Positions 27,515 to 35,728 of a stretch of 64,000 nucleotides of DNA are shown in pieces (the first letter of the stretch is position 1; each line of letters starts with the position of its first letter). The DNA is from a virus. The translations under genes were made by a program, and so were the position numbers. The notes beneath the pieces were generated by a model. The model was not told the DNA's origin and made no database searches. It saw only the letters and a list, made by a program, of their open reading frames with translations. The stretch lies in the IMG/VR virus record IMGVR_UViG_3300035670_000145, positions 9,811 to 73,810 of that record; one strand, 5' to 3'.

Positions 27515-28963
27515 TTATTCAGCGCAGGCGCTGCAGAAGCCAGCGTCCAAACTGCAAGAGACAGTTTCCTCCTCGGCCTCGCTGTCATCAAGGCCAAACA
27601 TGGTCTTAAACGAGTCGTCCAATGCCGCGTAGGCGTCGTCTTTGCGCTGCGTTTCAGGCGTCACCTGAAGAGCATAGTAAAGACTTGTCTGAGGAGATTC
27701 TAGCCAAGTCCGAAGGAACTCTTTGCTATAAATAACTTGATCACTCCAGTGGTTAATCGAATACCCATGGAAAAGACCAGTGTTTTGAAATAACTTAACA
27801 ATATTATTTGCCACCTTAAAAAATGCCTCCCATCCTACTTCTGCCGCAATTTCCACTTCCCCATAGTCAAAACTTTCCACGCCAAAGGTGCCAGAGTCCC
27901 TGTCAACAAGCCGTCCGATGGGAGGGGCAATTTCAGGGGCAGTGGTGAAACCTTTCTTGTCGAGATAGCGATAGGAGCAGGAAGCAGTGGGAGCAATGCA
28001 GAAGGCCCGTTCCATGCCGTGCTCACGAGCAATCTTCGCTGCTGCTTCAATGCCATCGCGAATGGCCTTTGCAGCCCTTCCAGCGGGCTGCTCGTGCCAG
28101 TAATGGCACCATGGGTGGGGATCGTCCTCATTCAGGGCTTCCAGGGCCTTCCCGAAGTCTTTGTAGGAAATGCCATGGAGGGAAAGGAAGTTGGCAAGAC
28201 CAAGCATGCCAAGACCCACTTGCTTATCAATAGAAGGGGGAAGGTATTCGCCAGTGTCACCAACGCCTGTGTTGGGATGGAGCTCGCACAATTGCTTCAT
28301 GCCCTCGACAAAGGCTTCCTCTACTTCATCGATGTCGCAAGCACCCATGTTGACGTGCTGAAGAAGGCAAGTGCCACGGTGAGGAAGATAAACTTCAAGG
28401 CAGACATTGGCACGGATGCGCTTTCCTTCTTGATCGTACCGAATTTTGTTAAGCCAGATGTCGCCAGAAGCAATGCCTTTTAGCAGCTCATCAATAAGCT
28501 CTTGAGAAGAGTTCTCAATAAACTGTTCATCCACATTCACACACCTCTTCACCCATGGAAGCTCTTGACGAGAAGCTTTGATGAAATCAAGAATGTCAGG
28601 ATGCGAATAGTCAAGATGAAGCACTACGGCCCCATTTTTATAGCGTCCGCCTCTGCGAAGAATTTCATTGAGCGTGGAATAAATTTTGCCGAAGCTAATG
28701 GGACCACTTGCAACAAGGCCTTTTCCATTTTCATCGCCTTTGCCACGCAGCTCAGACAAATGCACTGCTACGCCTGCACCATTGCGCAGGCCATGAGAAA
28801 CAAAACGCCACGATGCTTCAATGCCATTTTCCCCCTCCATTGAATCATCCACGACGAAGACCGTGCAGCTTACGGGCAGTCTTCCGTCTGCTTCGTCAAG
28901 CCAGCTTTGCACACGACCGGTGCGAGCAATCTTTTCACACTTCGCCTGTTCCTTGAGCTTCAT
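27515..28963 (-). CDS. nrdA: Ribonucleotide reductase large subunit (compact Cyano-SP-type class I)
   Basis: VSC, NVCLE, IAPTASCS, the LYY tyrosine pair and C-terminal CxxC; only 482 aa, no ATP cone. Confidence 0.9.
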   Translation of the reverse strand: MKLKEQAKCEKIARTGRVQSWLDEADGRLPVSCTVFVVDDSMEGENGIEASWRFVSHGLRNGAGVAVHLSELRGKGDENGKGLVASGPISFGKIYSTLNEILRRGGRYKNGAVVLHLDYSHPDILDFIKASRQELPWVKRCVNVDEQFIENSSQELIDELLKGIASGDIWLNKIRYDQEGKRIRANVCLEVYLPHRGTCLLQHVNMGACDIDEVEEAFVEGMKQLCELHPNTGVGDTGEYLPPSIDKQVGLGMLGLANFLSLHGISYKDFGKALEALNEDDPHPWCHYWHEQPAGRAAKAIRDGIEAAAKIAREHGMERAFCIAPTASCSYRYLDKKGFTTAPEIAPPIGRLVDRDSGTFGVESFDYGEVEIAAEVGWEAFFKVANNIVKLFQNTGLFHGYSINHWSDQVIYSKEFLRTWLESPQTSLYYALQVTPETQRKDDAYAALDDSFKTMFGLDDSEAEEETVSCSLDAGFCSACAE

Positions 28964-29035
28964 AAGACAACAAAAGCCCGCCTAGCGGGCCAACGACCAA
29001 CCAAAGCAGACTAGCGCAAAAACCTTTGCCCTCAG

Positions 29036-29224
29036 TCAATCACACAAGCCTTCAGAATCACTTCCGCTTTGAGCATCCTTTGCAAACAGCACAGCCTCGT
29101 TGCGAGAGCGAAAATAATAGGGCCGTCCTTCGTGAGCAATGAACCAGCTAAAGCCAGGCCGGCTATGAGCTGGCCACACCTTAATGCTGCCCACCATAAA
29201 AGGCATTGGCAAATCATCAAACAT
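29036..29224 (-). CDS. Hypothetical protein
   Basis: 62-aa ORF followed by a GCCCGC/GCGGGC hairpin near 28976. Confidence 0.55.
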   Translation of the reverse strand: MFDDLPMPFMVGSIKVWPAHSRPGFSWFIAHEGRPYYFRSRNEAVLFAKDAQSGSDSEGLCD

Positions 29225-29309
29225 GGCTTGATGGCTATGATTTCTTAGGCTACTAGAAAAATAAAATACAAACGGTAAAATAGACTACGCAAAAGAAAAT
29301 TTTTATTTT

Positions 29310-30281
29310 TTGGCCGTGTACATCGCTCTTCTCTTCTCTGGCCATAAGCGTTCTTTCTTTAAGCATGTGGGGCGATGGAGAGAAATGATAAAAGAGCTGG
29401 AAGACGGAGGAGCTGTTGTTAATTGCTTCTTCCATTCATGGACTGTTGATTGTCATGCTGAGATGAAAGGCAATCGACGCATTGAAGGCTCCTATGTGAA
29501 AAGCCCGCTAGAAGACAAAGAGGGCATGATAATGGCATTGCCGTTTCGCAATTATTTCTTTGAAAACGAAGAAGAGCAAGAGGCTCTTTTGCAGCTTCCC
29601 GAAAGAGCATTTCTCTTAGACAAGCAAGCAGCGAAAAAGCACATTGGCATGCAACTCTATTCAATGCAGCGCAGCTACGAAGCAATGCTTCAATGGGAAA
29701 AGGAAAATAATATCGAACACGATACCATTGTTAAACTTCGTTTCGACATCTCTCCTGCCAGATGGAACGTCCGGGAATTTTTCCTCTCCACTGACCATCG
29801 TTTCCAAAATTTACTGATTGCTGCAAACGAAAAGGCTCACCCTCACCCCGGCGGAGGCGGTGGCTGTCTCCAATGCAATCGCTTGCACACTGAATGGTGG
29901 GAAGATCAATGGAAAGGAAAAAAGGAGGGGCCAGAACCTACCACTGAACTGTGGCTGCATGAAGGCGCCCATGCAAATGACATTTGCGACCTTTATGCCA
30001 TTGGCAACAGGAAAACAATGTCTCGCTATATGACTGTCTACAGCAGGGCTGTTGAACTATATTCGCCAGATCTTTTTGAGCGCTCTTATTACTGTTGGCA
30101 CAATGAAAAAAGAAAAGGAGCAATTACTTGCTCCTATGACAGTGCTGATTTAAGGATTAAAGCTTCAGGAAAAGAAATGGAAGACGAGCGCATTGCTTGC
30201 TTCTACCCTGAACGACTACAGCGTCTTAATTTAGAAGGTTTTGCAGTGTTGCATGCTGCTTCTGTTTTTTATCGAGACTAA
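29310..30281 (+). CDS. Putative glycosyltransferase-like protein
   Basis: IALLFSG..R, F.HSW, YS......E....HD..VK.RFD, D.YA.G and PE motifs resembling a viral GT-like family. Confidence 0.55.
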   Translation: MAVYIALLFSGHKRSFFKHVGRWREMIKELEDGGAVVNCFFHSWTVDCHAEMKGNRRIEGSYVKSPLEDKEGMIMALPFRNYFFENEEEQEALLQLPERAFLLDKQAAKKHIGMQLYSMQRSYEAMLQWEKENNIEHDTIVKLRFDISPARWNVREFFLSTDHRFQNLLIAANEKAHPHPGGGGGCLQCNRLHTEWWEDQWKGKKEGPEPTTELWLHEGAHANDICDLYAIGNRKTMSRYMTVYSRAVELYSPDLFERSYYCWHNEKRKGAITCSYDSADLRIKASGKEMEDERIACFYPERLQRLNLEGFAVLHAASVFYRD

Positions 30282-30658
30282 TCAAGAACACTGGGCTTGA
30301 CATAGGAGGCAAAGCGCTCTTCCAAGAAGTCGATGGTAGTACCAGCGAAGCCTTCTTCAATAAATTCTTCCTTGAGCCAAAGAAATACAAGCCCCATGAT
30401 GATTTCTGTAGTTTCGCACGCATTAGTGGCAGGGTGTTCAATGGTGGCAAACACCCTGTCGAAGATGGTGGTCTCTTCAGCGGCGTTTTCTTTTTCTTGA
30501 TCGCGCATGGCAGCAAGGTAGCCAAAGGCAGCAGCAGTGGCCATGTCTTTACAAATGGAAAAGCCTTTAAAGCGCTTCTTCAGGGCAGGAAGCTCAGGAC
30601 CGCTCGTGTGGTCCATGGCAAGGGCAAACAGTTCTTCGTCGAAGGGCATGGTGATCAC
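30278..30658 (-). CDS. Hypothetical protein
   Basis: 126-aa ORF coupled to the upstream ORF. Confidence 0.6.
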   Translation of the reverse strand: MITMPFDEELFALAMDHTSGPELPALKKRFKGFSICKDMATAAAFGYLAAMRDQEKENAAEETTIFDRVFATIEHPATNACETTEIIMGLVFLWLKEEFIEEGFAGTTIDFLEERFASYVKPSVLD

Positions 30659-30897
30659 CAGTCGGGATAGGAGAACGGTAGCTGGTCTTCGCCTTTTGTC
30701 AATTCCCAGCTCATTAAGGTCATTTGATGGCCTTGCTTGCCCGTGTATGTTCCTGGCTGGTAGTAGATGGTCCTCTCTGGCCTGATGGCCTTCTCAAGCT
30801 CTCTAACTGCCTTGTCCCAAGAACGCTCAGAAGGCACATACACCCTCCATTGCTCTCTCACTTCCACTAAGTCGCAACGACTGTCTGTGTAGGCCAT
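30655..30897 (-). CDS. Hypothetical protein
   Basis: 80-aa ORF. Confidence 0.6.
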   Translation of the reverse strand: MAYTDSRCDLVEVREQWRVYVPSERSWDKAVRELEKAIRPERTIYYQPGTYTGKQGHQMTLMSWELTKGEDQLPFSYPDW

Positions 30898-30904
30898 GGA
30901 GGAA

Positions 30905-31543
30905 TCAAACAGAAAGAGACCTCACGCTTTTACGAGGAGCCCTTGGCTTGATGAGCATAGCGTAGTGGGCCTCTCCCTGTTCTGTCAGCTCATAAAGCCC
31001 CTGCTCTGGCCGCCTAACTATGCCTTCCGCTAAGAGCTTGCCAAGCGTGTTATAGATGGTTTGAAGGGGAATGGCTGCTCCTGGCAAGGCATGAAGCGTA
31101 GATGGGGCGCAGGGTTCCTGGGACTGCCCTAGAAGTTCGATAATCACTTCCTTTGCCGTGGGCATTGCCTTTTCATCACCACTTGGCCTCCATAGCAATC
31201 TTCCCCTGCAGCGGCCGATAATGGCACGAGCTTGTCTTGTGGAGCAAGGCAGTTCCCTGATGAAGGCCTGCAAAGCAGCATTGTTTTCGTGCCAACAGGG
31301 AGACACTGGCGATTTTGATGGCGCAAGGTCCTCTATATGAGTGGTAAGTCGTTTTTCGTCTTCTAGCGAGGCTTGCACCACTTTTAGGACGATGAGACGA
31401 CTCGGACAGCAATGGAGGAAATTGTGAAGGGTTTCGTTGACGGCGGCGATATTGGTGCGCCATGAGCAGTGGACAAAGGCTGGAATACCTTCCCACTGCA
31501 CGAAAAAGAACTGACCGTCGCTGTGCTCCCAGTCCAGGGACAT
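30905..31543 (-). CDS. Putative DNA-binding protein (degenerate T5orf172-like N-terminus, winged-helix C-terminus)
   Basis: C-terminal TIYN.L.KL..EGIV.R...GLYELT..G; upstream TTGACA-N16-TATGGT. Confidence 0.55.
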   Translation of the reverse strand: MSLDWEHSDGQFFFVQWEGIPAFVHCSWRTNIAAVNETLHNFLHCCPSRLIVLKVVQASLEDEKRLTTHIEDLAPSKSPVSPCWHENNAALQAFIRELPCSTRQARAIIGRCRGRLLWRPSGDEKAMPTAKEVIIELLGQSQEPCAPSTLHALPGAAIPLQTIYNTLGKLLAEGIVRRPEQGLYELTEQGEAHYAMLIKPRAPRKSVRSLSV

Positions 31544-31772
31544 GGCTTCTAAGGGGCTTACCAAAGCACCATATCACTTACCAGCTCATTGTCAACTCAG
31601 GAATTCCCTCCTCTTTGCTCGCACTTACCACCATAGGCAAATTACAATAGCTGTATGGCGCAGCGTATGTCCTCTGACAGGCAACGCAGCCACGAAAGGA
31701 CCGTCACGAGCAGCTCAGCTCCCTTCGCCTGAGCCGCTTCGAGCGGGAGCAGCCGCCTTGGCGGCGTGTCAC

Positions 31773-32131
31773 GAAGGCCGCAACGCGCCTTAGCCCCCAA
31801 GGCGAACGAACCTAGCGGCCTTCTGCCCCCAGCGACCTTGTCATAGCGGCTCTTCTCAACAACCCTCCTCTCGACTGCTTCTTTTAAGAAACCTTTGCCA
31901 GGAGCCCGTTACGAGCAATAGCCCCCAAGGCGTACGATCCTAGGGCTCCCTCCTAACCACCTTCTTTTCAACTATTTCTTTTCTGACAGTAGTGTGATCG
32001 CCCATGGTGTGCGCAGCTACCGCCAGTCTCATTGTTTTCTCATTTGAGACTAATTTGAGACAATATTGAGACTAAAGAAGGGGCACGAACAACGCCGCTT
32101 GGGGCGGCTCCTGAACATAGGCCCCTTCTTT
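31773..32131 (+). repeat. Cluster of stem-flanked GCCCCCAAGGCG-type elements
   Basis: Elements at 31773-31823, 31901-31949 and 32074-32131, each closed by a different perfect 7-11 bp stem. Confidence 0.7.
32043..32075 (+). repeat. Three 11-bp-period TTGAGAC direct repeats
   Basis: tttgagactaa tttgagacaat attgagactaa, preceded by inverted GTCTCA/TTCTCA half-sites. Confidence 0.7.
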
Positions 32132-32495
32132 GCACAATTCAACATTCGGGCACTATCTTGCGCTCGGGAACGATCTTAGTGCGCTCACTCCTTCTCGTAA
32201 GCTTTAGATCGTTCGCGCAGTGCGCACTAGCCTTTCGCCCATAAAAAATAAACGAAAAAAAACGCGGAAAAAGGAAAAAAGTCGTTTAAAAATTGCGTCG
32301 CTTTAAAAAGGGGTGCCCCCGCCCCAATCCACTCCCATAGCAGGCGCTACTGCTCCCTGTCTGTATCCGTTGCTACCGTTTGGCGGATTGTCACGTAAAG
32401 TTACGTTCAAATCTGGCCGCAAATTTAGGGATTGTCTCTCTAAACCACGCAACAATAGGCGCCCACTATGAAGCAGACGCCCTGTTGATTTCAAC

Positions 32496-32660
32496 CTATT
32501 GTTCTTCAGCGCCTATGATTTCACTAGAGACAATAGCTTCATGGTCGAAACTATAGTCTGCATCCGCTACCACCTCGTGAGGATTTGCGGCCCCTGATAT
32601 AACCAACTTAACTGTAACGTAGACTGTAGCCTGCGCAGTGTGATTGTAACGTTGCATCAT
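32496..32660 (-). CDS. Small hypothetical protein
   Basis: 54-aa ORF overlapping the stop of the upstream gene; VV.D.DYSF.H..I...EI pattern. Confidence 0.5.
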   Translation of the reverse strand: MMQRYNHTAQATVYVTVKLVISGAANPHEVVADADYSFDHEAIVSSEIIGAEEQ

Positions 32661-33256
32661 GCCACCTCCCGAATCATGCGGCGCCATGTGCACCATGTGA
32701 TAGCCTGAACTTGCGCCGGCTTATAGTTTGTGCCCATAATGCCGTTAATTTGTGATGCTGCAATGGTAAAGTCTGCAGCGATTGCAGCGTAAAGTTTAGG
32801 ACTGATCTTAGGCGTTTTAGTTGTTGACACTCTATCGCCCAGCCAAAGACTGTAGGCATGACCGTCAACACAAACAACGTCGTAATTTCCCATAATGCAA
32901 TCATAAAAAGCGCGCACTTTCAGACCGCCCAGTATGTCAAGCGGCGCAAGTCCTGCCAGGATTTGCAATGCTTTAGCCTTATTTGCGTTGTACGTGCTGA
33001 CTTTCAGCGCTGCGCAATCACCGCCGGAAGCGTACAACTTGCAAAGTAAATCAGCGTCTACGATGTTGCGCTCCCACCGATTGTTTGGACTCAGCGCTGC
33101 AATCACGCCCGCTACAGTCTGCAGACTGAGACCATGGTTGTTAGCGATTGTCTGCGCGATTGTTTGCGCCTGATTGTACCATTGACTGCCATATTGTATT
33201 TCAGCATGATTTGCGCTGAAATAGACCGCGAGAATAGCGCCGTGTGAAATTTTCAT
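32657..33256 (-). CDS. HhH DNA-glycosylase-like phage protein (DUF7178-like)
   Basis: WY..A, IAALSP...W..N, G.KV.AFY, V.VD.H, QVQA..W motifs. Confidence 0.65.
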   Translation of the reverse strand: MKISHGAILAVYFSANHAEIQYGSQWYNQAQTIAQTIANNHGLSLQTVAGVIAALSPNNRWERNIVDADLLCKLYASGGDCAALKVSTYNANKAKALQILAGLAPLDILGGLKVRAFYDCIMGNYDVVCVDGHAYSLWLGDRVSTTKTPKISPKLYAAIAADFTIAASQINGIMGTNYKPAQVQAITWCTWRRMIREVA

Positions 33257-33260
33257 GGCC

Positions 33261-33302
33261 GTTTGTTTGTGATTGTTTGTTTGTGATTGTTTGTTTGTGA
33301 TT
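33261..33302. repeat. 14-bp tandem repeat x3 (GTTTGTTTGTGATT)
   Basis: Three perfect copies fill the intergenic gap. Confidence 0.9.
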
Positions 33303-33303
33303 G

Positions 33304-33762
33304 TCAGAACGCTTTGATTAGTTTCTGCGGCTGAAATTCGCCATGATATAAACATGCTGCAGCTTGTAAAATTATTTCAGAATGCAGCAGCCACCAGATA
33401 TCTCTAGGCGCTGATTTGCGCGCCATTTTATAGCTGAATATTTCACCGCTCAGAGTAGAGTCAAATCCGCCGCTTATGTGGTGCCAATCATGCACAGCGC
33501 GAAATTTAGCATTGTCAGCAAAGCTAAGAAATGGGTGATTGTTGTGCAGCACGCTGATAGCTAGGACGTTTGATTGCCGATATATCCGCTGCGCAACAGA
33601 TAGATCTACCTCCTGATACCAGAAATCAACGTGGCATGGCAGACGATCGAATTCGGCGCAAATCCACGTGCGCAGCGCTGCGCGCTCGGCTTCGGTGGGA
33701 TCGGTAGGCGCTGCAGCGTAGAGAGCTGCTAGGCGCGCTGCTAGGCGTGATTGATGGACCAT
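33304..33762 (-). CDS. Hypothetical protein with N..FRAVHDWHH motif
   Basis: His-rich motif plus GE and L.SE patterns suggest a metal-binding protein. Confidence 0.6.
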   Translation of the reverse strand: MVHQSRLAARLAALYAAAPTDPTEAERAALRTWICAEFDRLPCHVDFWYQEVDLSVAQRIYRQSNVLAISVLHNNHPFLSFADNAKFRAVHDWHHISGGFDSTLSGEIFSYKMARKSAPRDIWWLLHSEIILQAAACLYHGEFQPQKLIKAF

Positions 33763-34087
33763 TTGCGGATTGCTAGTGAAAATCGCTGCATCGCTGCAGC
33801 AAACAAACAATAGGCGCAAGCGGCCAGAATGCTAGGTCACATAGGGAACACTGATCGCGGCAGACTGGTCATGCGTCAGATAAGCGGATACGCTTATCAG
33901 TGGAGGTTTCGGGATCCAACCATGAGTCACGCTGATCAGTCAACCGCCGCGGACGCCGCCCCTACCATGAGACTAGAGAGACTGAGCCGGATTGTTGCAA
34001 ACGGTCACATTTGCGCTGCTGATATCAGGAGTGCTAATGTTAAGAAATATTTTGTAACATTAGCAATATTGATATAAGCAACACTCA

Positions 34088-34300
34088 TGCAACGAAATGT
34101 GAAGAAATGTTAATTATTAAGAATTGTTAAGAAATGTTAATTATGAAGAAACGTTAAGAAATGTGAAATATTGCGAAATGTTAAGAAATGTTAAGAAATG
34201 TTACAAAATGTGAAGAAATGTAAATGTTAAGAAATGTCAAGAAATGTTACAAAATATAAATGTTAAGAAATGTTGCAAAATGTGAAGAATTGTTACAATA
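34088..34300 (+). repeat. Array of 10-bp TGTTAAGAAA/TGTTACAAAA/TGTGAAGAAA units (HLR1-like)
   Basis: 18 full 10-mers plus five 6-7 nt truncated units, counted directly. Confidence 0.9.
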
Positions 34301-34316
34301 GTACAAATGTACTATT
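34297..34316. promoter_or_regulatory. Cyanobacterial LexA-box-like palindrome
   Basis: AATAGTACA-AA-TGTACTATT; core AGTACAAATGTACT fits RGTACNNNDGTWCB exactly. Confidence 0.65.
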
Positions 34317-34348
34317 GATGCGTCTATGTGCATAGGCTCATAAAAACA

Positions 34349-34367
34349 ATTGAGAATGATTCGCAAT
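34349..34367. promoter_or_regulatory. Fur-family box-like palindrome
   Basis: ATTGAGAAT-G-ATTCGCAAT, a 9-1-9 palindrome with one mismatch. Confidence 0.55.
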
Positions 34368-34379
34368 AGCAATACGCTT

Positions 34380-34457
34380 CCAGCCGGATCCAATACGACG
34401 CCAGCCGGATCTTGATACAACCTTAGCCGTGTCCGATAGAGCTCTGGCCGGATCTTG
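34380..34457 (+). repeat. Four 21-22 bp imperfect direct repeats (cagccggatc core)
   Basis: Units start at 34380, 34401, 34423 and 34444. Confidence 0.75.
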
Positions 34458-34479
34458 TCAATTCTTTTGCTTTGTGCTG

Positions 34480-35010
34480 TCAACACTTCACAATGATCCT
34501 GCCATCATTTTCGTCCCATCGAAAGATTGCCCATTGTTGATACAGCCTCCCCAGCTCAATAGCCTGCTCTTCTGATATGCCGTAGATGGCCCAACTAGGC
34601 TCTTGCCAGCTCCCATCGACAGACTGCCCCACCACTTCTTCACAGGATGCCCCTGAGAGCCCATCAATGCGCCTGCGCAAGCTTTCATGCAAAGGCTCGT
34701 CAAAAAGACGATGAAGCGGGGTGTTTTGGCTGAAAGGACAACAAGCAGAAACAATAAAACAAGGCAATGAAGATGGCGCCCAGGCATAGCCTTCTGTCGA
34801 AACAAGCACTGCTTCGTCGAAGAGTTCCAGAGGAGCAATCGTCTTTTCAATCCTGAATTCAGCTAAGGCATCTCGCAGGAAATCAACAAAATGCTGTTTG
34901 TGAATGTTTTTGAAGATATTGTCCACATATTCTTTAGTGTCAGGATCGTAAAGCACCATGCCTCTCCACCAATCGTTAACAAAGTGCAAAAGCTGATCAT
35001 CGTCAATCAT
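34480..35010 (-). CDS. DUF3293-like protein
   Basis: C-terminal G.S.DGSW.EP.W......A..LG..Y.Q.AIF. Confidence 0.65.
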   Translation of the reverse strand: MIDDDQLLHFVNDWWRGMVLYDPDTKEYVDNIFKNIHKQHFVDFLRDALAEFRIEKTIAPLELFDEAVLVSTEGYAWAPSSLPCFIVSACCPFSQNTPLHRLFDEPLHESLRRRIDGLSGASCEEVVGQSVDGSWQEPSWAIYGISEEQAIELGRLYQQWAIFRWDENDGRIIVKC

Positions 35011-35459
35011 GAGAATTCTCCAATAATGTAGTCAAAAGGGCCGTCACCACCATGGCCAATACAATGGCCAGGATACAAAGCATGCCTAGCAAGTCCGTAG
35101 GGGCCAATAATGGCATGATTATCTTTTAACCATTGCTTGTCACAAAGCTTTTCTGGCCGTCCTTTCCTGTCCCAAACAATGGAGAAGAAAAGGGCAGGAT
35201 CAACAGGGTCGCCATACTCATTTTTAATTTCATAGCCTTCTTCTTCTGTTTTGTGGTGGATGTAGCTCCACATATCGCCCCAATTGTGTAAATCTTTTTC
35301 GGGATACACATGCAGGCCGAAGCACCATCCTGACGAACTTTTGCCAAGATGCAGGGGCTCTTCTGCTTCTTTGCCGCAATGCAAGCATTTAGGAGCATGT
35401 AAATAATAGTTGGCTCCCACGGTCAAGCCCTTTTGAATTTGGAAAGGTGCATGTTCCAC
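35007..35459 (-). CDS. Conserved phage hypothetical protein
   Basis: NYY...C..CG...LH.GKSS.GW.F, I.NEYG and terminal EFS motifs. Confidence 0.65.
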   Translation of the reverse strand: MEHAPFQIQKGLTVGANYYLHAPKCLHCGKEAEEPLHLGKSSSGWCFGLHVYPEKDLHNWGDMWSYIHHKTEEEGYEIKNEYGDPVDPALFFSIVWDRKGRPEKLCDKQWLKDNHAIIGPYGLARHALYPGHCIGHGGDGPFDYIIGEFS

Positions 35460-35728
35460 ATTCCCCTACTCATGTCGCCTGGTCGATAAAGCACGTAACA
35501 GGAAGGTTCTTGCACTAGCCCTCCTTCCCCATCGCTAACCGCTTCGGCCTCATCCACCCAGAAGCCTTTGCACTGTCCATCTTCGTCAAACACGCCCATT
35601 TGATAATCACCATCTTCCATGCACAGTCTGATGTGGAAGATAAGCTCTTTGAGGGAACTGGCTTGATAAACACCCTGCGTAGGAGGAAAATAGGGGCCGT
35701 TGTCAGAATAGTTGCGAACGGTGATCAT
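35423..35728 (-). CDS. Hypothetical early protein
   Basis: 101-aa ORF in the minus-strand small-gene run. Confidence 0.6.
   Translation of the reverse strand: MITVRNYSDNGPYFPPTQGVYQASSLKELIFHIRLCMEDGDYQMGVFDEDGQCKGFWVDEAEAVSDGEGGLVQEPSCYVLYRPGDMSRGMWNMHLSKFKRA

Noticed and set aside
27700-27835. AT-richer patch in nrdA as a possible homing co-conversion tract
   Set aside because: Impression only; needs codon statistics and allele comparison
34088-34457. CRISPR array
   Set aside because: Units are contiguous with no unique spacers; no cas genes (the 51803 gene is an ordinary phage exonuclease)
34247-34486. 79-aa minus ORF, and the 82-aa plus ORF at 33829..34077
   Set aside because: They run through repeats and palindromes and lack protein-like features
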